From an uncultured archaeon (GTDB lineage: Archaea; Asgardarchaeota; Lokiarchaeia; Sigyniarchaeales; SOKP01), in the NCBI GenBank assembly GCA_964525635.1, contig CAZGJX010000115.1:1-12018 (forward strand): a stretch of 12,018 nucleotides of DNA. Reading direction: 5' to 3'. Made by a program: the position numbers and the translations under genes. The notes under the pieces are model-generated. The model was not told the origin of the DNA. It worked only from the letters and a program-made list of their open reading frames with translations, and searched no databases. This document shows, one piece after another, positions 8,272 through 12,018 of this stretch. Position 1 is the stretch's first letter; every line of letters starts with the position of its first letter.

Positions 8272-9188
8272 TATGCTTCAGCCCTCCTTTTTCCAATTAA
8301 ATCCTTTTCACCTTTGGCTTTTGGATATACTCTCTGAAGCCATTTATAATGTGCCATACACTTATAAATTCTCATTCTTTCATTATCAATCATAAGCTCT
8401 TTTCTAAATAAAAATTCATCAAATTCTTGGATTTTTTGAAATTTACAACATATAAAAATAGTCGTTAGATAAGTAACAGCAGTAATAGGTATAATATTAA
8501 AAATTGTATATTTCATCCCTGATAATTCAATTGCACCAGAATCTTTTTGATGATTAATAAAATCATATAAACTAACATCGTCTGTAATTATTAAAAATTT
8601 ATGTTCAATATTTTCTCTCATATCTTCAAGAGCAACTAAAAATAAAGAAAGATCTGCTATTTCAATCTCTCTTTTTATTTTTTGTTTAGTATATAGGTCA
8701 GCAATAACCTTTAATTCTTTAAGCTTTTTCTTATCAACTGATTTATAATTAAGATGCTTCTCGTATTCTGATTTTAATTTTTTCTTATTCTCATTAATAT
8801 AATAGAAAGCAATCCTCTTCTCTAATTTTGTTAAAAACAATATCTTTCTATATATAGTTAAGTTAAACTCATTATCATAAACTAATTTTGAGCAAAAAAA
8901 TTTATCTTCTTGACAACAATCGCAAACAAGTCTCAAAAAATGTTTAAAAATCTTAAAAAATTCTCTAAAATTGAGTTGTCTCTTAAAACTAGTGCAGAAA
9001 TTTAAAAAATTTATTAGGAAATTGGAATCACATATAGTATATCTTTTATTTTCACATTTCTTATCAATTCTCTCACAATAACTTATAATAAATCCCCTAT
9101 TTTTGTCTTGGTCAAAAAATTTTGACCTTATAAAAACTAATATGTAATATTTATTTAAATTTAAATTATTCTTCCTTACAAATATCAT
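8271..9188 (-). CDS. PIN-domain nuclease (putative RNase), Cys-rich; start codon uncertain
   Basis: PIN acidic motifs in the correct order: TICDSNFLI (D54), CSKLVYDNEF (E107), IADLSLFLVA (D179), LIITDDVSL (D203/D204). Confidence 0.75.
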   Translation of the reverse strand: MIFVRKNNLNLNKYYILVFIRSKFFDQDKNRGFIISYCERIDKKCENKRYTICDSNFLINFLNFCTSFKRQLNFREFFKIFKHFLRLVCDCCQEDKFFCSKLVYDNEFNLTIYRKILFLTKLEKRIAFYYINENKKKLKSEYEKHLNYKSVDKKKLKELKVIADLYTKQKIKREIEIADLSLFLVALEDMRENIEHKFLIITDDVSLYDFINHQKDSGAIELSGMKYTIFNIIPITAVTYLTTIFICCKFQKIQEFDEFLFRKELMIDNERMRIYKCMAHYKWLQRVYPKAKGEKDLIGKRRAEA

Positions 9189-10019
9189 TTTTCTAGGTAA
9201 TATATTAACATTTAAAATTATAGAGTATTATGATTTTTATATTTAGACAGGATAAGTATATTTCTATCTCTCGAGGATATAAAGAGCTTTCAACTTCTAC
9301 TTATTTTTTTTATATATTTAAAATAAAAAACTGAATGTGGATTGAATTTTTTTATATGTAGATGACTTTTTTTTTAAATAGAATTACTTATAATATAGAG
9401 AGTAAGAAAGAAGCAAATCTTTTCACCTATTAGCTCTTGGGTTTCCATTTCGAATATGTGCTTAAGAAACGGAAAATGGAAAAGAGTAGAACATACAATT
9501 CACAAAGCAACAATACGACAGTTAGACATAAAGAAGACAAGCTCCTCATACACATTTGAAAAAGAGACGTTAGGATTGTATCAAATCATTCAAGATACTT
9601 CTCTTTTGGTACGCATAAGTTAGAAAATGATATACTGCTTATGATAACAAATTTTACTTTTAAAAAAGGATAAGGTAAGGTATAGATAGGGTAAATCAAG
9701 GTTAAGAAGTTATAATTATTAATATCTAGGTATTCTCTTTTATCAATTTAATCTTTAATTTAGGTATTTCGTCTATATCTCGCCTTAAATAGAATATTGT
9801 CGCTATATTGGTTAAAATCTATTTAGAATCAGAATTTACAGAAGATAGATTCAAAGCATCTAGTCATTATTTACGAACATTTATTCTATTAGAATTAGAA
9901 TGACTCTAAGGCATTAATCTATGGAGACCGTTATTTTCCTATGAGTTTAAATAGTCATTTTTTAAATTATATAGTAATAAAATGAAGAAAAATTAACCTA
10001 AAATAAGAGGTAAATAAAA

Positions 10020-10202
10020 ATGAGCAATAATATAAAAAAGAAAAGACTCACTACAGAGGACATAGAGAGAATGATGGCAAACGCCCTTGTAGATGCCTTT
10101 CTATCATGTCCCTATTGTGAATACAACACCTTAGAACCTGACTATAGCACTTGTCCAGAATGTCATAAAAAGAATCCCTTAAGACAACTTGGGATGATCT
10201 AA
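10020..10202 (+). CDS. Small zinc-ribbon protein
   Basis: CPYC-x11-CPEC motif. GAGGT SD upstream of the ATG. Confidence 0.75.
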   Translation: MSNNIKKKRLTTEDIERMMANALVDAFLSCPYCEYNTLEPDYSTCPECHKKNPLRQLGMI

Positions 10203-10222
10203 TTAGGAGGTATGAGAAAAAA

Positions 10223-10717
10223 ATGAAATTGCTATTTAGCATAGAAATTGACTCAAAGGAATGGGATAATGAAACATTTGACGATTCCAACTTTGATAAA
10301 AAAACTCTTGAATCAATGCTATTCGACAGATTTTACGATTTACTAACCGATATTTTAAAAGTCAATGATTTTTCCGATTACATAGAATATGAGCCAAGTA
10401 ACAAAGCAGAAAGGAAACCTATTGAGCAATTAAAAGAGCAGATGACAGAAGAACAATTTAAGAAACTGGAAGATTTATTAGAGGATTTAAGGAAAGAGAC
10501 TAAATTTAGTCTTGGTTATCACAGAATTAGTGGATCATTTTGTCAATATGAAGTTTTAGATTTTAATGAAAAGGAAATAGTAGTTTTATTAGAATATGGA
10601 AAAGTTGATGATGGATCTGATTTTTCTGAACGATATAGAGAGGGATACAGAATTGACAGGAACACCTTAGAATTCATTAATCGAAGACAAAATGAAGAGG
10701 ATGATTTTATCGTATGA
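10223..10717 (+). CDS. Hypothetical acidic protein
   Basis: 164-aa ORF with a strong AGGAGGT SD. Its stop overlaps the next start (ATGA). Confidence 0.75.
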   Translation: MKLLFSIEIDSKEWDNETFDDSNFDKKTLESMLFDRFYDLLTDILKVNDFSDYIEYEPSNKAERKPIEQLKEQMTEEQFKKLEDLLEDLRKETKFSLGYHRISGSFCQYEVLDFNEKEIVVLLEYGKVDDGSDFSERYREGYRIDRNTLEFINRRQNEEDDFIV

Positions 10718-11142
10718 AGATCTACACATTAATCTATTACGAGCCAGATTTTAGAGGCATGAGAATAGGGATATCTTATATGAAGGAAAATCAATTCTAT
10801 GTAGGTTTCTATATAGGGTACTCAGGCGGGGCAGTCTATTCAGATAATTTCTTTAAGGTACATTCCAAGCTAACAGAAGAATCGCTGTTTCAAATAAACG
10901 ATATTGACGAATTCGAACATGAGATTCAACCCAAGCTCCAAGAATGCATGGAATCTATTTGGGATATGTGCATTGATGATGGTTCTTTCATTCCCTACAT
11001 CAAGCCAGAGATATTAAAAACATTTGAACATCATAAAGATGATTTTGGTAGCTCTATCTTTCTTTATGAGAGTGAGGGATTTAATTTTGACCTACTGCGA
11101 TTTCTCTCGAAGCGTTGGAGTCTTCTCACATTTTATAAATAA
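10714..11142 (+). CDS. Hypothetical protein
   Basis: 142-aa ORF with a 4-bp ATGA overlap with the upstream gene. Confidence 0.7.
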   Translation: MKIYTLIYYEPDFRGMRIGISYMKENQFYVGFYIGYSGGAVYSDNFFKVHSKLTEESLFQINDIDEFEHEIQPKLQECMESIWDMCIDDGSFIPYIKPEILKTFEHHKDDFGSSIFLYESEGFNFDLLRFLSKRWSLLTFYK

Positions 11143-11181
11143 TTATGAAATTTTAATAAAAAACGAGAGGGATACAAAAAA

Positions 11182-11352
11182 ATGAATGATTTTATAAAAG
11201 AGCAGAAAATTAAACTTGCGAAAAAACTCGAAAATGAAATCTTCTCTTATGAAGAATATCATGAAATACTGGATATAATTAATACTTTCATTGTTGGAAA
11301 AGATGAATTTTATAAAGAGTTTGTAAGTTTAGTTTTAAAATATTTTCTATGA
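11182..11352 (+). CDS. Small hypothetical protein (56 aa), not in the ORF track
   Basis: Manual translation MNDFIKEQKIKLAKKLENEIFSYEEYHEILDIINTFIVGKDEFYKEFVSLVLKYFL*. GAGAGGG SD upstream; it fills the gap in the plus-strand gene run. Confidence 0.65.
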   Translation: MNDFIKEQKIKLAKKLENEIFSYEEYHEILDIINTFIVGKDEFYKEFVSLVLKYFL

Positions 11353-11371
11353 ATAAAGGAGAGAGAGAGAA

Positions 11372-12018
11372 TTGAAATATCTAATATTGAATCAAGATTT
11401 ACGAGAAGAGGACTCCCTAAGAGAGTTAGAATCAAACTCAATCCAATTAATCCTCACATCACCCCCATACTTCAATGTTAGAAATTATAAAAAACACTCA
11501 AGATCAAAAAGAGCATTACTTCAAGACGCTAAGATATACGAAGAATTAAACGCCCAAGAGAAGACAATTGTAGATTATGAACAGTATCTAAGGGAAATGA
11601 AAGGGATTTTCTTTCAATTGAAGCGATTATTAAAAAATACAGGATATATCATTGTCATTATCTCAGATATAACCTCAAATAAGATTCATTTTCCCCTCTC
11701 ATTTCATTTTTTCAATCTTCTTTCAGAGATATATATTTGGACTGAAACTATTATATGGGATAAGACCTTAGAGTTTAATGATAAGAAACACCGAGTCCAG
11801 AAATATCTTTACCAACCTTTTAGCTTTTACTATAAACCGAATTGGTCGCATGAATATATCTTAATTTTCACGAAATCAAAAGATTTTCCACGATCAGATT
11901 ATATTAAAGATTCCAATTTTAATAAATCTGATTTTCTCTATAATTATTCCCGTTCTATTTGGCATATTACTCCAATCCCCCCTGATCTACAGGATATTCA
12001 TCCTTCTCGATTCCCTTT
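11372..12018 (+). CDS. Beta-class amino DNA methyltransferase (N4-cytosine/N6-adenine), truncated by the window end; not in the ORF track
   Basis: TTG start after AAAGGAGAG. Manual translation MKYLILNQDLREEDSLRELESNSIQLILTSPPYFNVRNY...RLLKNTGYIIVIISD...ETIIWDK...HEYILIFTK...RSIWHI...HPSRFP. N-terminal SPPY motif IV and the later HPxxFP motif are typical of N6_N4_Mtase; the frame stays open to the end of the window. Confidence 0.9.
   Translation, partial: MKYLILNQDLREEDSLRELESNSIQLILTSPPYFNVRNYKKHSRSKRALLQDAKIYEELNAQEKTIVDYEQYLREMKGIFFQLKRLLKNTGYIIVIISDITSNKIHFPLSFHFFNLLSEIYIWTETIIWDKTLEFNDKKHRVQKYLYQPFSFYYKPNWSHEYILIFTKSKDFPRSDYIKDSNFNKSDFLYNYSRSIWHITPIPPDLQDIHPSRFP

Noticed and set aside
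9946-9972. TATA-box-like TTTAAATA / TTTAAATTATATA upstream of the plus-strand cluster
   Set aside because: Plausible archaeal promoter, but such words are ubiquitous at this AT content.
10051-10290. 79-aa minus-strand ORF
   Set aside because: Antisense to two plus-strand genes that have good SDs and a Zn-ribbon motif.
10125-11176. 12-bp direct repeats AACACCTTAGAA (10125, 10661) and GAGAGGGATACA (10638, 11165)
   Set aside because: Only two short copies each, mostly in coding sequence; no CRISPR-like periodicity or att-like context.

Overview
A very AT-rich prokaryotic window. The SD-like motifs (GGAGG, GGTG, GAGG) and the protein families are compatible with an archaeon, possibly Asgard/Lokiarchaeia-like, but this is inference only. 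The core is a tightly packed five-gene minus-strand operon (9188 to 2042): a PIN-domain nuclease, a 253-aa unknown protein, a short Rad50/SbcC-like SMC ATPase with a zinc hook and atypical Q/D/H loops, a catalytically inactive prokaryotic Argonaute (APAZ/N-L1-like region, charged linker, MID-PIWI), and a helical protein with a C-terminal Mrr-like endonuclease. I do not recognise this combination as a described pAgo system; it looks like a candidate new Argonaute-SMC defence system. To the left are a winged-HTH protein and a decayed CHAT-like gene. To the right, after an ~830-bp divergent intergenic region, is a plus-strand cluster of small MGE-like genes ending in a beta-class DNA methyltransferase that the ORF track missed and that runs off the window end.
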